From Okamejei kenojei (taxonomy: Eukaryota), in contig CM069142.1 in the NCBI GenBank assembly GCA_035221665.1, forward strand, positions 17,608,001-17,672,000: a DNA stretch of 64,000 nt, written 5' to 3'. Each line of letters opens with the position of its first letter. Positions within the stretch are counted from its first letter, which is position 1. This document shows, one piece after another, positions 50,991 to 61,840 of the stretch. The notes under the pieces were generated by a model, which was not told the DNA's origin, searched no databases, and worked only from the letters and a program-made list of their open reading frames with translations. Made by a program: the position numbers and the translations under genes.

Positions 50991-51337
50991 TACAATTCTA
51001 TCAGGTATGCAGGTTGGTGGAATTCGCAGTTTGTAAGCGATGCTTGGTCAATAGACAACCCAAGGGAAGGGTGGGGTAGGGGAAGGTAATACCCCCACTC
51101 TGTTCTGTTTTCACTTGGTTGGAAGCCATTCGCATTCACAAACAATCTTGCCATTGCATATACATGGAGTTTTGATGTTTGTTGTTAATACATTGACAGT
51201 AAAATCTGAATGGGGTATTCGGTAGCATGTGTGTGAAACGGTGGAAACGGAGTGGGCTATTATTCAGTGGCATTATGTGGAGCTGGAAACTGACTGAGGC
51301 TATTCCGTACCATTGTGTGACACTGTTGAAACTGAGT

Positions 51338-51377
<40 letters not shown>

Positions 51378-51379
51378 AC

Positions 51380-52520
51380 TCAGTAGCGTTGTGCGGTCGG
51401 GATCCTTGTCTCGGTGCCTAGCCTTGACCTGCGGAATAAGGCTGCGCTGCTCCGAGCAGCGTGTGTGTGCGCCCAGGGGGGGTTCAGGTGGTGGACTTGC
51501 CAGAGCGCCGGATTAGTTGGAGTGACAACCTGGGGCAAAGGCATGTGGAGTGGTGACGCCGGGCACCCAGCAGCCGCACGGTAAGCGCGGCGGCGGCGGC
51601 AGCAGCAGCAGCAGCAGCAGCGGCGGGTCACGTTCGGCAACACATGCCCGCCGAGTGAAACTTGCACGATGCCACCGACCGGCCGGCTGGCTGGCTGCTA
51701 GCATCCACGCAGACTTCCCCGCTCGCCCCAGCCCGCTCTCGGCAGGCAACATGACCGACGCAGGGCCGGGGTGCCGCTTCGCACGACCCTCAGTTGTTTC
51801 GGCAGCCAAGTTAGGAGCGTGATGGAGTGACGGCGATGAGCGGCTGGCATGGAAGGTAAGATCACAGGCAACTGCATCATTGGAAACATCACCACGGCGT
51901 GACAGAGGTTGCAACGGCCTGGATTGACGGGTATCTAGCATTCCCAAGAGTATGACGAACAAACAGATGTATTTTCTAAAAGAATATATATAGATGTTGG
52001 GCTGATTATATTTAAAAGAAGCATTCCATTCCAACTGGGCAGCTCCGCTGCAAAGTGCTTGTTTTGTTTTAAATCCAGCCTGGGCAGCGGGGGAGGTTAT
52101 TTATTAAGTGTACATATTTGTTATTGACACTGCCGCTGCTTGTTGGCCTCACCTCACGGCGGGGGCGGCTTTGTGTCAGCGCAGAGGCCACTCTGGTGGG
52201 TCTCCTCCAGGCTCCGACTTGGCTCGGCGACCCAGTTTGTGGACTCCGCCCGGGCGGGGCGGGGCGTTTCGCTGTTCTCCGCCGCTCCCTTCTGTGTTCT
52301 CGCTCTCCCTTCATCCCAGCTTTATCTCCGGCTCTTTCTTGCTGAGCGGATACCGGACCGCAGGATTAAATACACTGCCGCGAGTATGTGGCCAGGAATC
52401 GTGTCAATTTCCCTTCCACAATCGCTGAAGCTTATACTCTCGACAAAGTGCCGTCAGTCAAAAGGCAGCTGACCCCCAGCGATAGACCCCAGATCGGGGT
52501 TTCGCGAGTGGAAACGGTAC
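51380..52520 (+). promoter_or_regulatory. CpG island, putative promoter with two candidate first exons (donors 51580|51581 and 51855|51856)
   Basis: CpG-dense, with GC boxes GGGCGGGGCGGGGCG. CG|GTAAGC follows ATG 51543 (MWSGDAGHPAAA-R). AAG|GTAAGA follows ATG 51836 (MSGWHG-R) and ATG 51849 (ME-G). Preceded by a 40-nt poly-G run. Gene not recognised. Confidence 0.65.
51587..51626 (+). repeat. Compound (GGC)n(AGC)n trinucleotide repeat
   Basis: GCGGCGGCGGCGGCAGCAGCAGCAGCAGCAGCAGCGGCGG lies immediately after the first donor. Confidence 0.9.
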
Positions 52521-54407
52521 TTTAGGAATAAAAAAATCCAATTGTTGATCTACTCGCTGAAGGGGGGGAGGAGGGGGGGGGGGGGGCGACTGATCTATTT
52601 TTTAAAGAAACATTTCCCAAGTCGACCACGACCAAGAATCCCCAAACAGGCAGGTAGAGGTTGTGTGAGGGGGGAGGGAATAGCAGAAAGGAGAATGGGA
52701 TAAATAAGTTGCATAAATAGAAGCAGTCAAGCAGATATCGTGAAGTTGTCAATTTGGTTTGAAATTTATGCTTCAACTTGGGGCTGAATAATGAAAGTTC
52801 CTCTTAAATTACTTCCTTAAATTAATTATTTTTTGTATGGCACTAATAATTTAAAAAAACAGTTTATTTTGTTTTGCTTTATAATGTGCCCCCCCCCCCC
52901 CTCCCTTTCCCCTTTATTATTCCCATCCCGGTTACATAACACACAATGAGTGGCTTCCCCTCTGAGTGGCCACTATCAACAAATCCACTGTTTTCGCTTT
53001 GCATGTATCATAATTTTAGTAGTTCAACATTTGCCTTCAGGCAAAGTCTCTGAGCCTGGTTAATATCTGAAGGAACCTAACCCACTGATACCGGCTCTTC
53101 ACACAAACAAACAGTTTACCACTGTCAACAACAGTCTGCTGCTGTAACGATCTGGTCAGATATTAGTTGGTGTCGGATATGGTGGTAGGTGGACATTGGC
53201 CTTCCATTCTTTTTAATCTATGCTCACAGTCCTCCTTGGACTGTGTAATCTGTCATTTTCTATCATCGATATCAGATAATGCTGAGGGATTTTGGCAGTG
53301 AGCATTGGCATTAGTGTAATCCTTTTTAATCTTGACAATTTATATTTAGAGCTGCAGTATAGATGGAAATAGTTAAGTAGGCAGTTTAGCTGCCTGGAAA
53401 TACATTCGTGTAACATTACCTGCTGTCTTTTACTTCTCTCCTGAAAAAATCTGTTATGATGATGACGACAATTACCTTGCTATCCTGATGAGAATTTGGG
53501 ATTATTTTCAGAAACAACCCAGGCAGTATTTTCAGGTTTGTATCGGTCACTTGCGTAGTGTTGACACAAGTAAGATGGGAGAAATGATACTCAGCCATCG
53601 ATTATGCTATTTGAAGAGTTCCAGGGACACAGGAAAACCGTGAGCCACTTAAAATGTCCTTTTAAAAACAGTGCTCAGTGGGCCAGGCAGCGGGATTGGG
53701 CAGATGACATTTTGGGTCAGGACCCTTCTTCAGACTGAAGAAAGGTCCCCGACTTGAATATCGCTTGTCCATCCTTTCTCAGATGCTGTTTGGGTCGCTG
53801 GGTTCCGACAGCCCTTTGTGCTTTGTGCAAGATTCCAGCATCTACAGATTCTGTGTGTCCTTTTTATAATAATTGTGTTGATGTTGAGACTTCAATTTTT
53901 AATTTTATTGGTAAATACTCGAGCAGACATACCACAGAGGCAGACAACCATTTGCACAGTACTCGTGAGGGTGGTCCTTCAACCTTTTATGCTGTGTAAC
54001 CTATCTAATACTCAACATGGGTAAAGTCAGCAGCTTTGTGTCTATCAGTCCATTACGGGAACTGATGGAGATTTTTGTTGTTATATCCCGTGTAATCAAT
54101 AGAGCCAGAATGTTGCCATAAATGCCATAACTGCCTTTTCATGTCTTTTTTAATGATTTCACCAGGATAATGCCTTTTTCACAAGCGAGTGCCTAAATCA
54201 GCCTTTTTTTGTTGTTTTGCAAAAAGGTTGTGCTATTTTCTCTAGTTGTACTGTGATTACAATGACATTTTCTATATTAACACATCAATATTAATGTTGT
54301 TATTAACGTGTTAATATAGCATAACTTGCAGGAAATTTCCACCGCCGGGGTCATCGTTTGTTCATTTGTTTGTGCCACTGCCCGCTGCTTCAGTCTTCTC
54401 CAAGATC

Positions 54408-54697
54408 TATTTAAGAAAGAACTGCAGATGCTGGAATAATCTATGGTGGACAAAATGCTGGAGAAACTCAGCGGGTGAGGCAGCATCTATGGAGAGAAGG
54501 AATAGGTGACGTTTTGGGTCGAGACCCTTCTTCAGACTGATGGGGGGTGGGGGGGGCGGGGAAAAAGAAAGGAAGAGGTGGAGACAGTAGGACTAGAAGG
54601 AGAGCTGGGAAGGGGGAGGAGGATGAAGACAAGGGCTATCTAAAATAGAGAAGTCAATGTTGATACCGCTGGGGTGTAGACTACCCAAGAGAAATAC
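54408..54697 (-). mobile_element. Penelope-derived 3' fragment nested in the hAT element
   Basis: GAAAGAACTGCAGATGCTGG...GGTCGAGACCCTTCTTCAGACTG...AGAAGTCAATGTTGATACCGCTGGGGTGTAGACTACCCAAG (reverse complement of the GIY-YIG C-terminus). Confidence 0.85.
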
Positions 54698-55927
54698 CCA
54701 AGCTGGTCTCCTCACTACATTTACTGGCTCTAGTCACAAATCTGAGTTTTGGAGTGATCTGTGCAAGGCATTCATTGATGCTGGAATTCCACTGTGGAAA
54801 TTGGAAAACAAATCTCTCAGAGGTTTTTTAGAGAAATACACAGAGGAACATATACAAGCGAGTCATCATTACGGAAAAGTTATGTTGACAGCAACTTCAA
54901 CATTGTTATGCAGAAAATATAGATGTGAAGTTGCACGCAACAAAATATAGATCTCAACAGACAAGACAACCGATGCTGTGGGGAGATATGTTGCCAATGT
55001 TGTAATCGGTACACTGGAGGCAGGTCAACCATCAAAGGAGTATTTGTTGACATCGGAGGTATTGGAGAAGTCAAACAGCTCAACTATTGTTCAGTTGTTT
55101 ACATCTTCACTTGATGTACTTTGGCCAGAAGGTATAAAACATGGGAATGTTCTTCTGTTTGTGATTGATGCAGCTCCGTACATGAAAAAGCTGCTCGTGC
55201 TCTTAGTTTTATTCCCCAAAATGTTGCATTTGACATGCTTAGCTCAAGGACTTCATAGAATTGCCAAGCACTGTAGCTGGTTTCCAAATGTCAATCGCCT
55301 GATTTCCAATTTCAAGAAAATCTTCCTCAAAGCAGTTGTTCAAGGAAATGGCTACCTCCTCAGCCCGTTTTGACTAGGTGGGGTACTTGGCTCTCTTCTG
55401 GGCTACTGTGCTGTAAATTTTGAAAAGATAAAAGAAATGGTCAACTGTTTTGAAGAAGAGGAATCTGCTGCAGTCAGGATCGTCAGTGAAATCATGCAGA
55501 AAAAGTCCCTCCACCGCGATCTTGTGTTTATTGCTTCCAATTTTGCAAACTTCCCACAAGCTATCACTTCCCTTGAGAAACGTGGTGAAACCTTAGTGAA
55601 TAATTTGCAGGTTTTCAACAAAGTAACTGATGATATTCGTAAAATTCCTGGCGATGTAGTTAAGACATACAAGGAAAATGTGAGTGTGATTTTAGCTAAC
55701 AAACATCTTGAAGAAATACAAAACATAGCTAAACTTCTCAAAGGTAGTTGTAATGCACAAGATATCGACATGAATATAGAGTCTGTAGCTTGTTTCAGGA
55801 ATGCACCAGTGACCTCAGTTTTTCACAACTGAAGCATATTCTGTCTGACAGACGGCATAGTTTAACACCAGATAATTTGAACAAAATGCTAGTAATTATG
55901 TGCGACCAGGCAACTTTGATCATTTAA
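54698..55927 (+). pseudogene. Frameshifted hAT transposase
   Basis: DLCKAFIDAGIPLWKLEN, ISTDKTTDAVGRYVANVVIG, LLFVIDAAPYM, HLTCLAQGLHR, PVLTRWGTWL, APVTS...FSQLKHILSDRRHSLTPDNL (dimerisation domain with the ERS segment deleted). Confidence 0.88.
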
Positions 55928-56392
55928 TGTAGTATACATTTATATTATCATTTTAAACCATATTTTGGCAGTGGAAATACTTGCCTTTTTATGCCTTTTT
56001 TTGTGTAAATAAATGCCTTTTTCATGCACTTTTTTTGTAGTTTTATTATGCCTTTTTGCCTGCCTATTTCAGAGTTTTTTAGTGCCTAAATATCCTGGCT
56101 CTCGTAATCAACATTCACCAGAAATAAGTAAAGACTTTTTTACTAAATTATTGAGTGCTCTATAGACATAATTGAGTGGCATTGAGTCACTTATGAAACT
56201 TCTAACAAACTTAAGATGTGCAAAAATCGGAAGGCTTTTTATTTCAATTTTAAGGTCTCCAAATGATTAAAGTAATTCTTGTAATTATACACTCTCTGAG
56301 GATTGCATTTAACATCATTGTTCATAAGTGAACATGTAAACATGTAGCCAAGTCCTTGAAAATAAATTGATTATTAACCCTTTCTGTAAAAG

Positions 56393-56525
56393 CAGTCTGA
56401 AGAAGGGTCTTCTCCCGAATCGTCACCCATTCCTTCTATTCAGAGATGCTGCCTATCCTGCTGAGTTACTCCAGCATTTTGTGTCCTTCGGTATAAACCA
56501 GCATCTGCAGTTCCTTCCTGCACAT
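56393..56525 (+). mobile_element. Penelope-derived short element
   Basis: CAGTCTGAAGAAGGG...GATGCTGCC...CAGCATCTGCAGTTCC family match. Confidence 0.75.
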
Positions 56526-57864
56526 GTTTACATGTTCCCTCGCTGCATGTTTTGATGCAGACATGGTTGATGGCAGCTGACTGACACCATTCTCCAGCCA
56601 AAAAACCTCTGCAAAAGAGGTTGCAGGCAGATCCCAGCCAAGGCAATACTTCAAATGGTTGTTGCAGGCAGCCTTATAACATGCTGCAGAGAAGTTGTGC
56701 CAAAGTATAATAGTAAATATTGTGAGCTACTGGGACTTTGCCACAGACACCAATTAGCAACCTGTTAGCAGACAGAGTGCACCAATCGCTGCGTCCAAGG
56801 CGTATGTATGGGTTTGTTTCCGCGTTCTTTCAGTGACCTCCAAATCTGCTGGTTATCACTTGCATTGGGCATATTTGCAATTGGACATCTGGTTTATTTG
56901 ACTGAGCTGAACCATGAACAGTTTCTTCTGTTTACTTCTCTTACGAGCATAGCTTATTTTCATTTCTTTACATTAATAAGCCATGTGCAAAACAAATTAA
57001 AATTGCAATTCTTACGCTGTTTGGAATTTATATATCATCAGTGTTACATTCCCTCCTGATTTTCTCCAGTGACTCAGCAGGCTGGCATTAATTGTTAGGA
57101 TGTGCCCATTATTGGCAAGGCCAATATTTATGATTCATCCTTAACTGCTCTTCATTATTCATCTGAAAGTGATCACCGACTTTGATCTTGGACCATTGTA
57201 ATTTCTGTGGTGATGTTGCATGGTGCTTGAGCAGGAAAATTGTGACAAATATTTAAACCAAGGGTTAAATACTTAACCAAGGGTTGAATGTTTAAACCAA
57301 GGGTTACCACAGCCCTAGTGCGCAGGTAGATACCTCACCGGGGTAAAAGGTCAATTGACCAGATTACTATTCAGAATGTTTTCATGTTTCCTGAGTGCTG
57401 CATCTATAACCACTCCAAGTGGTAAATTGTATGTTGAACTTGTTCGTTAGAGGTGGTGGGTAGATTCTGATGGTCACAAAGTTAGTCATAGTGCAGATGC
57501 TGTTTGTAAACTCTTTGATCGAAGTTGCATTTACATTGGTCTAGATGAGTTGCTGGTCGATGATGTTGGGGGATAGATGATGGAAATTATGTTTAATGTC
57601 TGTGAAAGGGGTTGAAGTACATGAAGCTTGTTGTAACAACAAAACAAATTAGATTGAAAATGTTCATCCCCCACTACAGATGCTTCCTGACCCGCTGAGT
57701 TCCTCCAGCAGCCTTTTTTTTTTTTTGCTCAAGATTCCAGCATCTGCAATCTCTTGTGTCCACAAATATTTATTGCTGGATATCTGAAATGAAGGCACAA
57801 GATGTTGTCATGGAGATTAGGAAGCATCCGTAGAGGGACAAACAGAGTTGGTGGTTTCAGTTTA

Positions 57865-58080
57865 AAGTCACAGCATGGAAACGGGCCGTTCAGCCCAACT
57901 TGTCCGTGCCAAACAAGGTGACCCATCTAAGCTAGTCCTATTTGCCCACAGTGGGGACATAACTCAGCACACTTTTACTATCCATGTATCTGTCCAAGTG
58001 ACTTTTAAATGCCATTATAGTACCTGCCTCATCTACCTCCTCTGACTGCTTGTTCCATATACCGACCACCCTTTCGTGTT
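57865..58080 (-). mobile_element. CR1 3' fragment
   Basis: ACAGCATGGAAACGGGCCGTTCAGCCCAACTTGTCC...TCCATGTATCTGTCCAA. Confidence 0.7.
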
Positions 58081-59663
58081 ATTAATGTCCATTCACTAGC
58101 TGAAAGGCCGGCGACCTGAAACTTAAAATCTATTTCTCTGTTGCCGATTACTTCCTGCATCCTGAGTTTTGATCTGAGATGATCACGGCAATGCAATTGT
58201 GCATCCTGATTAGTCCATCTTGAGCACAAGCCTGGGTGTTCTTCAGGTCTTTTTGTGCTACCAGGATGCAGGATTCTATAATAACATAGCAATGACTGCA
58301 TTTATTGCACCGCTGAAAACTCCTTTCATTGATTCTTGTCTAATAATTGAGAGTAGGTTGAAATATGTACTTGGCTTGGGGAATACTTAGAAGGAATGCA
58401 AGGTGGCTACTCAACCAAGGACAGCATTGGATCAGCAAGCCTCAAGCTGTGTCACTGACATCTTTATAAATTTCCATTCATTAAAGCAATTATCAATGGA
58501 TAGGCCTAATAATTTTTGGAAGTGATTGTAGCTACTGACCAAATAGTTTTCCCAATCCTTTTATCTATGATTCTGTCCAGGTGACTTAGAATTGCAAATC
58601 GAAATGTAGCCTTTCCGTGTTAACAGCAGCAACATTCTTCAGGTGTGTGTGTGCGCTGTTAAAACCTCCTCTTCCGCTTTTGCAGCTGTTATTCCCTCTT
58701 CAGTGAGAAACTGCAGTTTAAGCAATTGTTCATTCCCAGTAAATACCTTGCACTAATAGTTGTGGAGACAAGTGGTTGCTTAACTTCTCATGCGTTGCCC
58801 TGTCAGGAAAGCATGGAGGCTGAAATCCCTATCCTGCGAAAACAAAGTAACATTAAGCAGCATTGGCACATTCTAACCCCTTCAAAGGCCGGCACCTCTG
58901 CTGTCGGGTGGCATAGCCTGTGCTTTCCCGTCTGAGTAATTTGTATTTTATTAAAACGATGCTGCTTAATTTGTGTGTCTGATGGCTGTCAGTGCAGTGT
59001 GCTTGTTGATTTGTAGCTGCATGCTAAAGGCCAATGATTCTCCTTGCTCTATGAAGTAAGCAGATGGGATATTATAATTATACAAGCATACTTATCCATA
59101 TGTGAACTATTAAATACGTGCACGCTGCCAGAATGTTGATACATAATGCAAATTTCAGAGCATTGAATTCATGTGGTACACACCAGTTGGTCTCTGCAGC
59201 TGGAGACTCCCTGAAGGAGAGCTTCAGTCTATTAATTTTAAAGCACTCTGTTAATATTTTCCTGTGAAAATATTATTTGTTTGACATCTTGTTGCATATA
59301 AGTTTGGGCCAAGCTTGGTGCAATATGGATTAAACTGGGGTGATTTAAGGCTATAAAAGTTTGTTCCTGCATTATTTTTTCTTTGCATCGTGGGAAGAAA
59401 AAATAAGGTTTGTATTAGTTTCTATTTTTATGTGTGACCATCCTTAATTCTTTGACTGGACAATTGTAGTGCATATGTCAGTTACATTTTCCATGGAACC
59501 TGATGGCTTTATGTCCTGGTGTGTCCCCGTTATAGAGGTAATTTGGCTTTATACTGATGCTTTCTTTGCCTGTGGTCACTATACCAAATGTATTATTAGC
59601 ATTTGATTTTGCTGTTTTTGAAAGAAAATGATGAGGACTAAATTGCTCATTGCCTTTTCTCAG

Positions 59664-59783
59664 TTTGGCCCTCAGGAGTTGTGTATCAATCAGTGCAGAC
59701 AGCAGGGTTTAGTTACCAATAGAAGTCAACAGTTGGGATGGATACTTCTGTGATACCCAACCCTTTCTATTTAATACGTGTTG
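59664..59783 (+). other. Weak candidate 120-nt exon
   Basis: Acceptor TGCCTTTTCTCAG| and donor TTG|GTGAGC. All three through-frames contain stops, so it would be UTR-type if real. Confidence 0.2.
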
Positions 59784-60667
59784 GTGAGCCGCTGTGCAAA
59801 CTTTGACTTTTTTGTTTTATTCGCAATGGTTTTTAAAAGGTGTTCTGATCCTATAGAAAAACTATCCAAAGCATTATGCACAGAGAACTACAGCTGTGAT
59901 CCATTTAGAAATGCATGTAGTTAGAACTCATGCCAATTTTGTCTCCTGTGGTGCAATCCAGCACACCATTTATTAATACACTGTACAGGAAAAAGGATTG
60001 TGGACAACTTGGGACTCAATTGCCTTTTTGAGCGATGTCCTTAGTTGGCTGTCTAGTTGGAGTATGCTTCACATGTGACTGCACAGACCACGTTAGAGTC
60101 AAGCCTTGTGGCGAAAGACTGGAAGGTGCAGACATAAGAGTATCGCAGTTAAAGCAATGGGAATGGTGAATCTCATAACAATGGCTTAAAGTCCTGTCTT
60201 GTTCAAGAGTAGTTAGCCCCAAGGGTGTAACTAGAGGTCCTTCAGCTTGCTTCTTAATCTGCAATGCAATAGCTTGTTGTCAGCTAAACATAAAACAGAA
60301 CAGCTCAGCCGTTAGCTCATGATCTTATTCTCAGCAGCTTGACAGGGATAGTTGAAAACTAATCTTCCAAACAACATTTATAAGCAAGGAGGATGCTATC
60401 AGAAATGTCACCATTATGATTCTGTGCTAAATGTTTTTTTTTTAATCTATAGTTTCCCGACATGATTTCAGTAAATTAATTATATTTAAATAATGTTTTC
60501 GTGCTTTCTACCTACAAACCTTGTCTGACAAATCAAAGGACAAGCTTGTAACATTTTCAAGATTGTGCTGGAAACTAGCTCTGGGCAACTGCTTTTCCCT
60601 AACAGTGAGACCAGAACCCTCGGGTGTGAAAATATGCAACCACTATGATATGTCCCTTGGTGCTTAA

Positions 60668-61587
60668 AGGGGCTGTCCCACTTAGGCGACCTTTTAGGCA
60701 AGTGTAGGAGACTCTGCGCTCGCCACATGGTCGCCACATGTTCGCTGGTGGTTTTTGGTGAGTCTCCTTCATGGTCGCGAGGAGTTGCCGAATTATCGGA
60801 ACTAGTCGTGGCCTCAGTAAGGTTGCCGTAAATTTTTCAACATGTTGAAAATCTTTCTGCGACCAAACATTGGTCGCCATGGAGAAAATCGATAATCCTG
60901 TAGTCGTAGGTGCAGTTGTAGTGGGTCGCCATGTAGTTACGGATAGTCGAGGTAGTTTAGTTAATCGAGGGTACACAAAAAGCTGGAGAAACTCAGCGGG
61001 TGCAGCAGCATCTAAGGATGCGAAGGAGATAGGCGACGTTTCGGGTCGGACCCTTCTTCAGACTGATAGGCGACGTTTCGGGTCGAGACCCTTCTTCAGA
61101 CCCATAGTTTAGTTTAGTTAGTCGCTTTTGCTGACCGGTCATTTTCATTGGTTCATTGGGGAAAAAAAAACGTAAGCACGCGTTTTGAGAACCAATGATA
61201 AACGGCTGGTAATGTTAAATGCCCACCGAACTTCACAGCTGTGTATCTCTGGCTTATTATAAGTTGTCTGGCTTCTTAAAAGTGTCTCCACTCCTTCTCC
61301 ACTCCAACTCCTCCCCTCCTCCACCCCCCACCCCCCTCTTTTAAAGGACTTGCCGTACACTGTGCTAACCATCTTAACCTTCCTGTTCATCGCGGTGTGT
61401 ATCAGTATCACCTTGGCTCTGAACCCTGTGAATTTCAGACTGCGCTCCCCCCCCGCTTGCCCTGGCTCCTGTCATGTGTGTTCCACTCTGACAGTCGCCG
61501 TTCCTGTTCCCGGTTTTTCAGGCGAGTACCAGCAACTTGATAGTTGCCGGCAGTCCGCTGAAAAATCGCCTCAGTGGGACAGGCCTT
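60668..61587. mobile_element. Harbinger/PIF-type non-autonomous transposon (920 bp including nested insert)
   Basis: TIRs AGGGGCTGTCCCACT / AGTGGGACAGGCCTT; TAA TSDs at 60665-60667 and 61588-61590; TTTTTCAACATGTTGAAAA palindrome. Confidence 0.88.
61028..61105 (-). ncRNA. Tandem pair of minimal type I hammerhead-ribozyme-like motifs (Penelope-derived, nested in the MITE)
   Basis: The minus strand reads AUGGGU-CUGAAGA-A-GGGUCUCGACCC-GAAAC-GUC-GCCUAU-CAGU-CUGAAGA-A-GGGUCCGACCC-GAAAC-GUC-GCCUAU. Confidence 0.65.
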
Positions 61588-61629
61588 TAAGACATGCAAA
61601 ATGATCTTTGTAATTTTTGTAAGATTATT

Positions 61630-61840
61630 CAAAGTGCTGGATAACCCATTGGATAGGCAGCATCGCTGGAGAGCATGGGCATACGACATTTTTGGTCGTG
61701 ACCCTTCTTCAGACTGAAGAAGGGTTCCAACCCGATACGTTGCCTGTCCCCGTTCTCCAGATATTATGCTTGACCCGCTGAGTTACTTCAGCACTTTGTG
61801 CCTTTTTAAATGCGCATCTGCAGTTCTGTGTTTCTACATT
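61630..61840. mobile_element. Fold-back Penelope-derived short element
   Basis: Central palindrome ACCCTTCTTCAGACTGAAGAAGGGT with diverged inverted arms. Confidence 0.75.

Larger units (their letters stand above)
54100..56103 (+). mobile_element. hAT DNA transposon (CGGBP1-like transposase group), both ends present
   Basis: Perfect 8-bp TSD GTAATCAA (54092-54099, 56104-56111); imperfect TIR TAGAGCCAGAATGTT vs reverse complement GAGAGCCAGGATATT; subterminal TGCCTT repeats at both ends. Confidence 0.92.

Noticed and set aside
51836-51861. Assigning a gene name from the ATG-GAA-G|GT start (e.g. SGIP1-like MEG)
   Set aside because: Two to three codons are not diagnostic, and no downstream coding exon was found in the window.
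51380-52472. Multiple 65-173 aa ORFs with poly-Ser, poly-Leu or poly-Cys
   Set aside because: By-products of the CpG island and triplet repeat.
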